From positions 1,924-65,923 of IMG/VR virus record IMGVR_UViG_3300046169_000103: a stretch of DNA of 64,000 nt; one strand, written 5' to 3'. The notes under the pieces are model-generated. The model had not been told where the DNA came from and did no database searches. It saw only the letters and a program-made list of their open reading frames with translations. The DNA comes from a virus (Duplodnaviria; Caudoviricetes). The translations under genes and the position numbers were made by a program. This document shows, in pieces, positions 1-9,247 of this stretch (position 1 is the first letter of the stretch; every line of letters starts with the position of its first letter).

Positions 1-297
1 ATGCATTGGGTCTTTTTGGCTCTTTGCTCTAACCTATGTGTACTTCTCATGAAGACTCTCTCTTATCCCCCCTCTAAGCTATCTAAGCATATGACATATC
101 TTATGTCCCATCAGGCTTCCAGTTCCTGGACTCCCGATGAGGATAGAATGAGCCGTGCGGTGCTGAATCGTTTAGCTGAAGCCCATGGCGTGATGGGTGG
201 TGAAGACATGGATCCGATGGCAAGGGCTCGCTACTATTGCCTGTGTAAACAATCTCTCGATAATGGTTGTCTTTTAGTTTCTAAAAGCATGACCTAA
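1..297 (+). CDS. Hypothetical protein (true start uncertain, window edge)
   Basis: ORF track; co-oriented with early arm. Confidence 0.35.
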   Translation: MHWVFLALCSNLCVLLMKTLSYPPSKLSKHMTYLMSHQASSSWTPDEDRMSRAVLNRLAEAHGVMGGEDMDPMARARYYCLCKQSLDNGCLLVSKSMT

Positions 298-309
298 TTT
301 AATACATCA
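290..309 (+). promoter_or_regulatory. 20-bp motif copy TGACCTAA-TTTA-ATACATCA
   Basis: Matches recurring motif; 14 nt before ATG 324. Confidence 0.55.
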
Positions 310-323
310 TAATATCAAATACT

Positions 324-701
324 ATGGATAAAGAAAAATCAGTATATCAGCATGTCATTGATGGCACTGCTAATTTCCCGGGTCTAAAGTCACTTGGCTC
401 ATCCACTTATTGGGGTGGTTGCTATTGTGCTATTTGTGGGGACAGGGAATATCAAAAGGAAGAACCATACTACGCAGGACTTGTGCCTCGTCATGTGAGG
501 TTCTGGGACTGCGATGACGGGTGGAAGTCAGGTGTGTTGTGCAAGCATTGCCTTGATGAAGTCGCACATCGTGGACCAAGGGATGATGACTATGCTAGTC
601 AAGATGCTCGCACAAATGAGGATGCAGTCAATGAACTAGCAAGCCTCATGGGTGATGATGCCGATGGACTCCAATCAATGTTGGAGGACTTTAATCTATG
701 A
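324..701 (+). CDS. Hypothetical protein with two CxxC pairs (possible Zn finger)
   Basis: CAIC and CKHC motifs; ATGA overlap with next gene. Confidence 0.65.
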   Translation: MDKEKSVYQHVIDGTANFPGLKSLGSSTYWGGCYCAICGDREYQKEEPYYAGLVPRHVRFWDCDDGWKSGVLCKHCLDEVAHRGPRDDDYASQDARTNEDAVNELASLMGDDADGLQSMLEDFNL

Positions 702-997
702 TGGAATCACCAGACAAATCACCAGACATATATGATGTTTATAGTGGTACGCATGACATAGATATACCACTGCATTTCACGCAAGAGGTTAACATATCTG
801 ATTCAGTTGTAGGCACTGAGCTATCCATCGCTACGCCCAAAAGTGCCACTACGCACTCTATTGTTACTATTATCTCTCATCTCGCAGATCAACTAGAGGA
901 TAGATTTGGTAGTGGGCATCAACGCAACAGGGCTAAGAAGTTAGTCAAACTATTGGACATGATCAAGAAGTATGAGGGGGTGACAGATGAGTACTAA
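698..997 (+). CDS. Hypothetical protein
   Basis: Coupled ORF in early operon. Confidence 0.6.
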   Translation: MMESPDKSPDIYDVYSGTHDIDIPLHFTQEVNISDSVVGTELSIATPKSATTHSIVTIISHLADQLEDRFGSGHQRNRAKKLVKLLDMIKKYEGVTDEY

Positions 998-1817
998 ATC
1001 TACTATTTCTCTATCCATTGACCCTGACAATATACAGGGGAGTCTAGCTTACGATAAAGGCTATTCTAATGAATATGTTGAGATGTCATCTGTTCGCATA
1101 GGTAGGCTACACAAGGATAGAAATAATGTAGGTGTATGGGATGCTGTGGCTGTTGAGCGATTTGCTATGTTCTGTGCCGCCTGTGCAGGTAAGAATAGTC
1201 ATCAACAATCAGCCAAACTAGATCGGTTTAGTGAAGACCTATTCGATGTAGTGCATGAATGGGTGGTGGATTACAAGGCTGAGCTTATCGATATCAACAT
1301 AGAAGATATCGGTATGGTAAGCATGTTTGGCTTAATGCGTTCCATTGCTGGATATGACTATATATCCGAGGCGATTAAGCGTAGTAAGCTAGGCAAGTGG
1401 AATCTATTAGCTCCGGGCTTCAAGGCTATGGCTATGGATGACACATTTCCAGGTAAGATGGGCGATAGACTAGATAAGGTAGCTAAGTACTCAGGGTATG
1501 GGTTAAAGACTGCCTCCCTATTTAATATGCATGTCTTTCATGAGCCGTGTGCCTGCTTAGATACATATATACTTAGATGGCTTGCTGGTGACACCATGTT
1601 CCATGATGCCCCAATAGATATACTGCCCCCTTCATACAAGGGTGTGCCACGCCAATCGATCAGTAATTGGGATGTATACAGCCGATGGGAGGATGCCTTC
1701 CTATCAGAGTGCGTGCGTCGTGGGATGTCCCCCCTTGAACTTGATAAACAAATATGGATACACGCCCGTATCAAAACAGAAAAACCTAATAAAACACAGG
1801 AATTATGCCTAACTTAA
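987..1817 (+). CDS. HhH-superfamily DNA glycosylase/AP lyase, Ogg2-like
   Basis: SGYGLKTASLF (HhH with catalytic Lys), CLDTYILRWL (catalytic Asp), Y..WE..F and ELDKQIW resemble Ogg2 motifs. Confidence 0.7.
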   Translation: MSTKSTISLSIDPDNIQGSLAYDKGYSNEYVEMSSVRIGRLHKDRNNVGVWDAVAVERFAMFCAACAGKNSHQQSAKLDRFSEDLFDVVHEWVVDYKAELIDINIEDIGMVSMFGLMRSIAGYDYISEAIKRSKLGKWNLLAPGFKAMAMDDTFPGKMGDRLDKVAKYSGYGLKTASLFNMHVFHEPCACLDTYILRWLAGDTMFHDAPIDILPPSYKGVPRQSISNWDVYSRWEDAFLSECVRRGMSPLELDKQIWIHARIKTEKPNKTQELCLT

Positions 1818-2059
1818 CTATAGTTGGACTCGAGGATAGTTGCCACTCGGATTATCAATGCTTCGTCTTTGACGGAATTAAATCAGCTGAGTCACCTGAC
1901 ATTGCTAAATTTATCACCCGATGGGTGGATGAGCAATTCTCACACCGCAAGACAATCCCACCTGTTGAGGGGGAAGATTACCATGTGAATATCAGACACA
2001 TCAATGCCATCACTGATGCCAGCACCCATGATGTGAAAGAACCGCACTTACATCTTTAA
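1805..2059 (+). CDS. Hypothetical protein
   Basis: ORF preceded by AGGA, overlapping upstream stop. Confidence 0.6.
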   Translation: MPNLTIVGLEDSCHSDYQCFVFDGIKSAESPDIAKFITRWVDEQFSHRKTIPPVEGEDYHVNIRHINAITDASTHDVKEPHLHL

Positions 2060-2066
2060 CCACTTT

Positions 2067-2194
2067 TGGGGTTCCCGAGAGGAGTCTATTTATCGCAACG
2101 TGACGCTAGTTAATCGGGCGTTGTTATAGATCAAGGGATAAAGCATGCAAAGTCTTGGACTACGAGCGCCTTGAACCATGCCAAACCTGCCCCA
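2067..2194 (+). ncRNA. Candidate structured RNA with two possible pseudoknots
   Basis: Intergenic; several short complementary pairs (see findings). Confidence 0.35.
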
Positions 2195-2218
2195 TTTCAC
2201 TTTACCACACCTACATTT

Positions 2219-2572
2219 ATGACAATAGACGATATAAAACTAAAGGGTTTCGCAGGCTTAAGCTCTGTGGAAACAGAACCAATGAAAACATCCGATGAGG
2301 ATTCTGAATTCATGCGTGTAATGAGCAATGGTGAGTACCTTGCCCATATATGCCAATACACCAATCCAATGGTGGGTCCATTCATTATTCAAGCAATCAA
2401 TGAATTCTGCGAGGCAACCATCAAGAAGGGGGATGAGCTTATTGCTAATGAGAAAAAGCAAGAGGAGGAAGGCGTAATCAATCTCATGTCCAATGAGCTA
2501 TGGGTTGAGGTAGCCAAGTGGCTACGCCTACAAAACTACTACCAATACGAGGAGGAAGCCAATGTCAGCTAA
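2219..2572 (+). CDS. Hypothetical protein (ATG 2219 preferred over TTG 2171)
   Basis: In frame with ORF 2171..2572. Confidence 0.6.
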   Translation: MTIDDIKLKGFAGLSSVETEPMKTSDEDSEFMRVMSNGEYLAHICQYTNPMVGPFIIQAINEFCEATIKKGDELIANEKKQEEEGVINLMSNELWVEVAKWLRLQNYYQYEEEANVS

Positions 2573-2774
2573 ACCAGAAGATATACTATCCACACCTGCT
2601 CATGTCCGTGAGATGCAAGAGGAGGCAACTAAGAGCGAGGACGAGGAATGGGTGACTGTCGCATCAGGCAAGACTGAGCGTGAGCCAGTCAAGCAATCTA
2701 AGCGTATCAAACGGCTTACTCGTAGAAAAAACTACGGCACATGCCTTTCAACCATATCCCCTCACAGATCATGA
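2562..2774 (+). CDS. Hypothetical protein
   Basis: GAGGAGG SD upstream; overlap with previous ORF. Confidence 0.55.
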   Translation: MSAKPEDILSTPAHVREMQEEATKSEDEEWVTVASGKTEREPVKQSKRIKRLTRRKNYGTCLSTISPHRS

Positions 2775-3455
2775 ACTACGCAAGACCGGAATCAATGGGC
2801 TATATTCATGGCGAGAGTGACTTACTAAAGTGCCCGCCACGATTCTTAGCTGAATATAAATATAATGGATGGGCAATAGGTGTATCCCCTAACAAGGTAG
2901 AGACTAGGCATGGTAAATCATTGCCTCCTATCATTGCCGATCAGTGCCGTGACAACATTGAAAAGTTGCGTGGTATGATCGACTGGGATTTCTGCTAATA
3001 TGGTCCACGCTGAATTGATGTGTATCACCGAGCGTGGGTGTCCAAAAGATACAATTATTGTTCATGATTGTATGGGTGGGTTCTCAAGTGAATGCACTCA
3101 TTACGATAGAGTTTCTTTAATGTGGCTATCCACACCACTCGTGTTCCATGCAGGTAATCTATTAAAGCCTTATCTGCAGAGTGGTGAGCTACCCAATGGT
3201 TGGGAGGGGAGAGTGGCGGGGTCTGGCGGCCAAAGCGAGTAAGATATTACGAGCATGATGACCACGGGCACTCCCCTAATCTTTCATCAGCACTCAAAGG
3301 AGCAGCTTAGGTTCAACGCACAATGCGGTGAGCATTTCTATGAGGGCTTTGTGTATAAAAAAATTAGTGCTCATTACGGAGCACGAAATGCGTGGTTCAA
3401 GCAACGCATTCAAAATCAAATACTAAAATATAATAAGGAGGAAGTATATGCCTAA
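2741..3455 (+). pseudogene. ATP-dependent ligase-like nucleotidyltransferase, broken into three ORFs
   Basis: Motif I AEYKYNGW (2741 ORF), HAELM and IVHD (3000 ORF), YEGFVYK and WFKQR (3255 ORF); frameshift near 2998 and in-frame TAA at 3240. Confidence 0.6.
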
Positions 3456-3461
3456 AACCAG

Positions 3462-3653
3462 ATGTATTCGTTGTCGTCAGACAACCTAAAGGGGGTCGCC
3501 CAATGTTGGCGTACCCAGGAGCCGTATTCAACACTCACGCCAGAAGCTATTGATGCTATGCGTACGCATCGTGCATCTCTAGCTCAGTATTCCAAGAGGG
3601 ATTCTTTGGAAGTGTATGTTCACAGAACAAATAACAAAAATCGTATCAGATGA
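3462..3653 (+). CDS. Hypothetical protein
   Basis: ORF track; start uncertain. Confidence 0.4.
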   Translation: MYSLSSDNLKGVAQCWRTQEPYSTLTPEAIDAMRTHRASLAQYSKRDSLEVYVHRTNNKNRIR

Positions 3654-4114
3654 TTACAAAAACTGATCTATTACAAGAGTTTCAAAACTCCCTCATATGC
3701 GTGAAGTTATATGAGACTAGGATGCATGACCGATTGGATTTGATTAGGCATCTATCCTTGAATGGGTGGAAGATTCCAGCGTTTGATGTGCCTAATTGGT
3801 TAATAGATAATAACTTCTTGGAGCAAGATATCAGCATTGTATCCCTCAATGATCGTGGCGAAGAGTACCTCAAGATACTTGAAACCGCAGAGGGTGACCG
3901 ACCAGGTAGTATGTACTTCAATAGTACTGAAGCTGAGAAGAATAAGGAAGGTTCTATGTATGGGCATCCATTGTTCAGTGAATGCTCACTATATGAGGAT
4001 GTTACCCACTCTACTCCTAGTTCTAAACTTAGCCTATATCTTAACCCCACTGGTAGAGCATTTGATGCTAAATGGGTAAAGTATGATGGTGGTACGGAGT
4101 ACACACGAAAGTGA
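3650..4114 (+). CDS. Hypothetical protein
   Basis: ATGA-coupled ORF. Confidence 0.6.
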   Translation: MITKTDLLQEFQNSLICVKLYETRMHDRLDLIRHLSLNGWKIPAFDVPNWLIDNNFLEQDISIVSLNDRGEEYLKILETAEGDRPGSMYFNSTEAEKNKEGSMYGHPLFSECSLYEDVTHSTPSSKLSLYLNPTGRAFDAKWVKYDGGTEYTRK

Positions 4115-4275
4115 GTGCGGTAGTTAACATAATGGATGGATCTGTTTCCATCACCCTGTCCCCTAAACAATTAGAATCACTTCTCTATGATGGTGGGGAT
4201 ATCGTTGTGAAGGTTGATGTGGATGGTGCTGAGTCAGATATAACAATCAAGAAAGGAGAATGGAATGGGATATGA
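4111..4275 (+). CDS. Small hypothetical protein (54 aa, not in ORF track)
   Basis: GTGA overlap with upstream stop; open frame MSAVVNIMDGSVSITLSPKQLE... Confidence 0.45.
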   Translation: MSAVVNIMDGSVSITLSPKQLESLLYDGGDIVVKVDVDGAESDITIKKGEWNGI

Positions 4276-4450
4276 TGTTGAGGACCTAGCTAGGGATGCA
4301 ATGCGTGTTCCTATCATTGCCGAACAAATCAATCAATCTGTCCAACAAATGGGCGAAGTTATAAATAAATTCGAAGAATATCTAGATGCATCTGCACCTG
4401 TTATCTCGATTAAACATAAGGAGGAAAAAGAAAATGTCGACGAAGTCTAA
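4265..4450 (+). CDS. Hypothetical protein
   Basis: AAGGAG SD upstream. Confidence 0.55.
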   Translation: MGYDVEDLARDAMRVPIIAEQINQSVQQMGEVINKFEEYLDASAPVISIKHKEEKENVDEV

Positions 4451-5090
4451 AGAGTGGCAATTATTCAAGAAATGCAGGGAGGATATTATGTCCAACTATA
4501 CTAGACCTGAGCAGTCTGCTATGAAACAAAAGTGGACTGATGAATGTCTTGTGCCACTTGGATACAATCACGAGTTTGAGTTTGTTCGTTGCAAGGAGAA
4601 ATCCGATGACGAAAAAGCCAAGCTATTCAATGAGTGGTCAGATATGTTCAGGGATGGCAAGTTCAACCCTGATCGTAAGACAAAAGTAACCAAGAAGGTA
4701 AAGCCTAAGCGTGGTGCATCATTGGATGACCTGAGCTTGGATGAACCTGTGGTCAATACGCCTGACACTACAAATATTAAAGAACCAACCGAGGTTGATA
4801 AAGTTGTCGACCAACAGGTAAAGGAAATGCCTGACTTGGTTGAGCTTACTGAACAAAAACCTAAACCTAAACCAAAGGAGGATAAGGCTATGCCAAAATC
4901 AAAGAAAGAACTACTCCTCGAGGCAATCAGTGCCTTAGAGGAAGAAGAGAGTACCGGAATAACAGAGGAGCAAGTGGAGGAAATCTCCAAGCGTGTTGCT
5001 GTTAAAGTATTTACTGACCTATTTTCTGAGGTCAGTGAAACAATAACAAGCACTCTCTCTAGCTATGTGGAGGATACAAAGAACCAATGA
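4434..5090 (+). CDS. Hypothetical charged protein (start MSTKSK preferred)
   Basis: AAGGAGG upstream of ATG 4434; in frame with ORF 4386..5090. Confidence 0.65.
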   Translation: MSTKSKEWQLFKKCREDIMSNYTRPEQSAMKQKWTDECLVPLGYNHEFEFVRCKEKSDDEKAKLFNEWSDMFRDGKFNPDRKTKVTKKVKPKRGASLDDLSLDEPVVNTPDTTNIKEPTEVDKVVDQQVKEMPDLVELTEQKPKPKPKEDKAMPKSKKELLLEAISALEEEESTGITEEQVEEISKRVAVKVFTDLFSEVSETITSTLSSYVEDTKNQ

Positions 5091-5230
5091 GAACTATGAG
5101 TGTGGACAAAATAGCTGAAAAACTAATGGACGAGACAGATTCCATGTGGCGCAAGAATGAACTCACTACCGAGGAATATTATGCAGCCCGTCACTTCATA
5201 AGGAGGTTTAAAGATGAAATTGGGAAGTAG
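5087..5230 (+). CDS. Small hypothetical protein (47 aa, not in ORF track)
   Basis: ATGA overlap; MRTMSVDKIAEKLMDE... Confidence 0.45.
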   Translation: MRTMSVDKIAEKLMDETDSMWRKNELTTEEYYAARHFIRRFKDEIGK

Positions 5231-5414
5231 TGGTAATTTCAATCACCCGATGGGGGACTCTCCCCCTGACGATGACCGCTCGGACGAGGCAATAGACTCA
5301 TGCCGTGAGTGGGTGAAGCATAAAGACGAAATGGAACAACTAGAGGTATATCTACTTAGTGATTTCGATATACATAAACACCAAATAGAGGAAATAATAT
5401 TACAAAATGATTAA
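5214..5414 (+). CDS. Hypothetical protein
   Basis: AAGGAGGT SD upstream. Confidence 0.6.
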   Translation: MKLGSSGNFNHPMGDSPPDDDRSDEAIDSCREWVKHKDEMEQLEVYLLSDFDIHKHQIEEIILQND

Positions 5415-5483
5415 AGAACTAATAACGACCCACAACCTTGGGCTTGATGTACGGATCAAAGATAATGCAAGGGAGGATAACCA

Positions 5484-5762
5484 ATGAGACTAATACAATT
5501 CCATATAGGGGGCGATGAGTGGTTTATAAACCCTGACAATATACTCCATGTTCATCAGTGTATGCTAGGGAATAGTAGTAAGAACAATACAACCATATCA
5601 CTGGTAGACGAGTCATACATAACCGTCGACGAGACGCTCAAGACTGTAGTCGCTCGAATAAACAATCAGGAACTCAATGTAGCCTATGACTGCATGGGTG
5701 AAATCGAGCGACTTAAGCAAAAGGTTAAGAACCTACAAAGTAGCACGCAACCCAGTGAATGA
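5484..5762 (+). CDS. FlbD/SwrD-like small protein
   Basis: WFINPDNILHV...TTISLVDESYITVDETLKTVVARI resembles the FlbD family pattern. Confidence 0.5.
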   Translation: MRLIQFHIGGDEWFINPDNILHVHQCMLGNSSKNNTTISLVDESYITVDETLKTVVARINNQELNVAYDCMGEIERLKQKVKNLQSSTQPSE

Positions 5763-5765
5763 ATT

Positions 5766-7172
5766 ATGATATCTAAAAGAAAAATCGTAGCCGCTGACCT
5801 ATTCTGTGGGGCAGGTGGTACTAGTGCGGGTCTTCGTGATGCCTGTAAACAACTCGGATATGATACTGAGTTGGTTGCGGTCAATCATTGGCCCGTAGCA
5901 ATAGCAACGCATGAGGCATCCCATAGGTTTGCTCACCACTTATGTGAGAACCTAGATAATGTCGATCCACGCAAAGTATTCCCTAGTGGTAAGATTGATC
6001 TGCTTGTCGCTTCCCCAGAGTGTACACATTTTAGTGTCGCTCGTGGCGGTAAGCCTAAGTCCGATCAGAGCCGTGCAAGTGGTTGGCATGTACTAAGATG
6101 GGCAGAAGCATTACGACCTGATGTTGTAATTGTGGAAAATGTCAAGGAGTGGGCATCATGGTCGCCCCTAGATGCTGATGGTAACATCGATCCAGAATGT
6201 GAGAAAGGTTCTACCTTTCGTGGATGGGTAAGTGCCCTTGAGGGCTTAGGCTATACAGTAGAGTGGAAGGTACTATGTTGTGCTGACTATGGTGATGTCA
6301 CTAGTCGCCAACGCTTATTCGTTATGGCTAAGCGTGGTGGCAAGATTGTTTGGCCCGACCCATCCCATGCCAAGCAACCCGATATGTTTGTTCAACAAAA
6401 GTGGCGGTCTGCTCGTGAGATAATTGACTGGGATAATCAAGGTAAGTCAATATTCAATCGATCGAAACCCCTGTCGCAGAATACACTCAAGCGTATCGTT
6501 GCAGGGATTGAGAAGTTCTGCCCAGAGGTAAATGAATTCTTGGTGAAGATAAATGGCAACGATGCTGAGTCTATCAAGCATTCACCCAAGTCTGTTGAAG
6601 AACCATTGCGTACCATTACTGCCGGAGGTAAGCACTTCGCATTAGTGAAGACTAACTTTCTTGTACAGCTTAGTGGCACAGGGGAATCACAGATTAAATC
6701 TACGGCACAGGATGCTGACCAACCACTCACTACTATACATGGAGGCAAGAAACATGGGTTGGTTCAGCTTGAACCATTAGTGGTACAGATCGATAACCAT
6801 TCAAGCAAGGGTCACAACTGTCGAACGACTGATGAACCAATCAGTACAGTAGTTTCCAAAGGCAGGCACTGCCTCGTGCAACCCTTCCTATCAAAATACT
6901 ACGGCACTGGCGAAAATGTCTACTCGGTAGACGAACCTGTCCACACCCTAACCACTAAGGCACGACACGCATTGATCGAGCCGACTATGGAGCATGGTGT
7001 CTTGGATATTAAGTTCAGGATGCTAACCAATGATGAATTAGCCAAAGCCCATGGTATGGGAGACTTTGACTTCCAAGGCACATCTGCGGAAGTCACTAAA
7101 CAAATCGGTAATAGTGTACCGAGAAACATGGCGAAGGCACTCTGCCACGCCCAACTAACCAACCTAAATTAA
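5766..7172 (+). CDS. DNA (cytosine-5) methyltransferase
   Basis: Motif I DLFCGAGG, IV SPEC, VI ENV, VIII R.RLF, X QIGNSVP. Confidence 0.92.
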   Translation: MISKRKIVAADLFCGAGGTSAGLRDACKQLGYDTELVAVNHWPVAIATHEASHRFAHHLCENLDNVDPRKVFPSGKIDLLVASPECTHFSVARGGKPKSDQSRASGWHVLRWAEALRPDVVIVENVKEWASWSPLDADGNIDPECEKGSTFRGWVSALEGLGYTVEWKVLCCADYGDVTSRQRLFVMAKRGGKIVWPDPSHAKQPDMFVQQKWRSAREIIDWDNQGKSIFNRSKPLSQNTLKRIVAGIEKFCPEVNEFLVKINGNDAESIKHSPKSVEEPLRTITAGGKHFALVKTNFLVQLSGTGESQIKSTAQDADQPLTTIHGGKKHGLVQLEPLVVQIDNHSSKGHNCRTTDEPISTVVSKGRHCLVQPFLSKYYGTGENVYSVDEPVHTLTTKARHALIEPTMEHGVLDIKFRMLTNDELAKAHGMGDFDFQGTSAEVTKQIGNSVPRNMAKALCHAQLTNLN

Positions 7173-7174
7173 TT

Positions 7175-7858
7175 ATGCCATTAGGAGTAACTAGCGAAGA
7201 AGACACCCAGGTAGATGAGAACTATCCTTACTTACCTGTAGATGCGGATATTGAAGAAATAATCAAAGAAGAGATATCTCACCGCATACATGTATGTAAA
7301 GAAATCGAAACACTAAATGGTGTTAAGAAAATGATCGATGGAAGTATCCATGAAATTGTTAACGAACATCTGTACGAGCATGAAACTGCAGATTCCCTAC
7401 GTAATGGATACTTGGTTGAGGGCGAAGATGGTGAGGAAGTACAAATCCAAATCAGAAAGGCATATCGCTCCAAGAAGTGTGCAATCAAGCAGAAGAAGGG
7501 ACAAGAACCTAAGGAAACTAACAAGGATATCATGGCACTAGCTGAGATATTTGAATTAAAGAAAAACAAGGACGGGACATTCCCCTTCCCTGCCGGAACA
7601 TTCCTGTACAGGGACACAATAGTAGTAGACCCAACCAAGGTTCACCCTGATATGTTTGAGGACTTCGTTAAAGATGTCCGTGCCCTCGGGGAAAAGTACA
7701 AGCAGGGAAAACTGAACCCAGTGAGTGAGGATACGGAATTAGTAGCATCACCCACATTCCACTTGGGTAGGCTAAAACTATCCAAAGCAATCAACCTGAG
7801 GCTACATCAGTTGTTTCAGAATATAGCAATAAAACTAACAAATGAGGAGGAGAAATAA
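7175..7858 (+). CDS. Hypothetical protein
   Basis: Long coupled ORF. Confidence 0.7.
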   Translation: MPLGVTSEEDTQVDENYPYLPVDADIEEIIKEEISHRIHVCKEIETLNGVKKMIDGSIHEIVNEHLYEHETADSLRNGYLVEGEDGEEVQIQIRKAYRSKKCAIKQKKGQEPKETNKDIMALAEIFELKKNKDGTFPFPAGTFLYRDTIVVDPTKVHPDMFEDFVKDVRALGEKYKQGKLNPVSEDTELVASPTFHLGRLKLSKAINLRLHQLFQNIAIKLTNEEEK

Positions 7859-8427
7859 TGAAATCTACACTAGTTAAAATAACTCCAATAGGACATGACC
7901 CTGAGTTCATGGTAGTGACTACTGAGTCATCTGCCCATGAATTTATAAAGAGTTATGCCAAGGACAACGGATATCGAATCGAAGAGCGTGCGTGTGCAAA
8001 TAGATTCCAGTGCATACTACAGGACTTAAAGCGGATTGAGGAGACTCTAGAAAAATATGCTCCTGTCGTACTCAAACTACCTGCACTCGATGGTGGCGAA
8101 CCATACAACGACCATCTATCGCAATGCTTCTGGAATATTGAAACAGCTTGTGATGAGGAGGCAAGCGAAGTTGAGCATGAATGGCTTGCCTCTGGGGAGC
8201 TTCCCACATTTGGAGAGTACACCAAGAATATGACGCTCGAGCAAATGATGGAGATGTACTACGACATAGATATTTGGGAAGCTGGTGACAAGGCTGAACT
8301 ACCTCGCAAGGTATGGACATATAAGGATGTCGCTCATGCAGTAGATAACGCTGACTGGCTCCCTGACTTTGAAAAGAAGTTCAAGGAGTACCTAATAGAA
8401 AGGGAGTACATAAGAGATGACAGCTGA
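7858..8427 (+). CDS. Hypothetical protein
   Basis: TAATG overlap, GAGGAG SD. Confidence 0.7.
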   Translation: MKSTLVKITPIGHDPEFMVVTTESSAHEFIKSYAKDNGYRIEERACANRFQCILQDLKRIEETLEKYAPVVLKLPALDGGEPYNDHLSQCFWNIETACDEEASEVEHEWLASGELPTFGEYTKNMTLEQMMEMYYDIDIWEAGDKAELPRKVWTYKDVAHAVDNADWLPDFEKKFKEYLIEREYIRDDS

Positions 8428-9247
8428 TGTAACAAATAATAAACTACTACGCTTTCAGTTTGGTAACGCTAAACTAAGTAAGCTAATCGCCCACGTATCT
8501 CTACCTGCAGGCTTTACTTGCCCGGGTGCTAAAGAGTGCCTGACTTTTGCGAACCGCAAGACTCGCAAGCTCAAGGATGGTCCTGATACTCAGTTCCGTT
8601 GTTATGCAGCCGGAATGGAAGCTAGGTCTCCTGCCTACCACGATATTGTTTGGCATAACTTTGACCTAATAAATCAGGTCAAAAATGATGAGGATGCATT
8701 GTTTGAGTTGTATGCTGAGAGTTTAGCAATGATTCCAAACGCACTAATTGTTCGTAGTGGTGTAAGTGGTGACTTCTTCACCCAAGAGCAAGCCAATGCA
8801 GTAATGAGACTAGCGGATGCAAATCCAAACATACTGTTTTATGCCTACACTAAATCAGTTCCATTCTTCGAGGAACACTTGGATTGCGAAGGGAGGGTTA
8901 GGGATAACTTCATAGTTACCTGCTCTATCGGTGGCAAACATGATGAGGATGTGTACCGCAGGGAATACAAGTATGCAGTTGTGGTTAAGGATAAGGCGCA
9001 CGCTGACCGACTTGGTCTTGAGTGTGACCATGATGACACTCTTGCAATGCAACCTGGTGCTAGTTTCGCTCAACCCATTCATGGTGGTCAACCTGCTGGC
9101 AGTGAGTGGGGTCAATACTCACGCAAGAATGGATACAACAAATCTAAAAAAGACCCACTAATTGATGTAACAACCTATAACATATGGAAGGAAGTAATAC
9201 ATGGCAGTACTAGACATACGACAAAGCGAGCCGTCTCAACCATCTGA
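8417..9247 (+). CDS. GP88-like protein (divergent radical-SAM-like)
   Basis: GNAKL, SLPAGFTCPGAKEC-x20-CYA, R..VSGDF, FYAYTK motifs. Confidence 0.75.
   Translation: MTADVTNNKLLRFQFGNAKLSKLIAHVSLPAGFTCPGAKECLTFANRKTRKLKDGPDTQFRCYAAGMEARSPAYHDIVWHNFDLINQVKNDEDALFELYAESLAMIPNALIVRSGVSGDFFTQEQANAVMRLADANPNILFYAYTKSVPFFEEHLDCEGRVRDNFIVTCSIGGKHDEDVYRREYKYAVVVKDKAHADRLGLECDHDDTLAMQPGASFAQPIHGGQPAGSEWGQYSRKNGYNKSKKDPLIDVTTYNIWKEVIHGSTRHTTKRAVSTI

Noticed and set aside
5766-7858. Type II restriction-modification pair
   Set aside because: No nuclease motif recognised in neighbouring ORFs; an orphan phage MTase is the simpler reading
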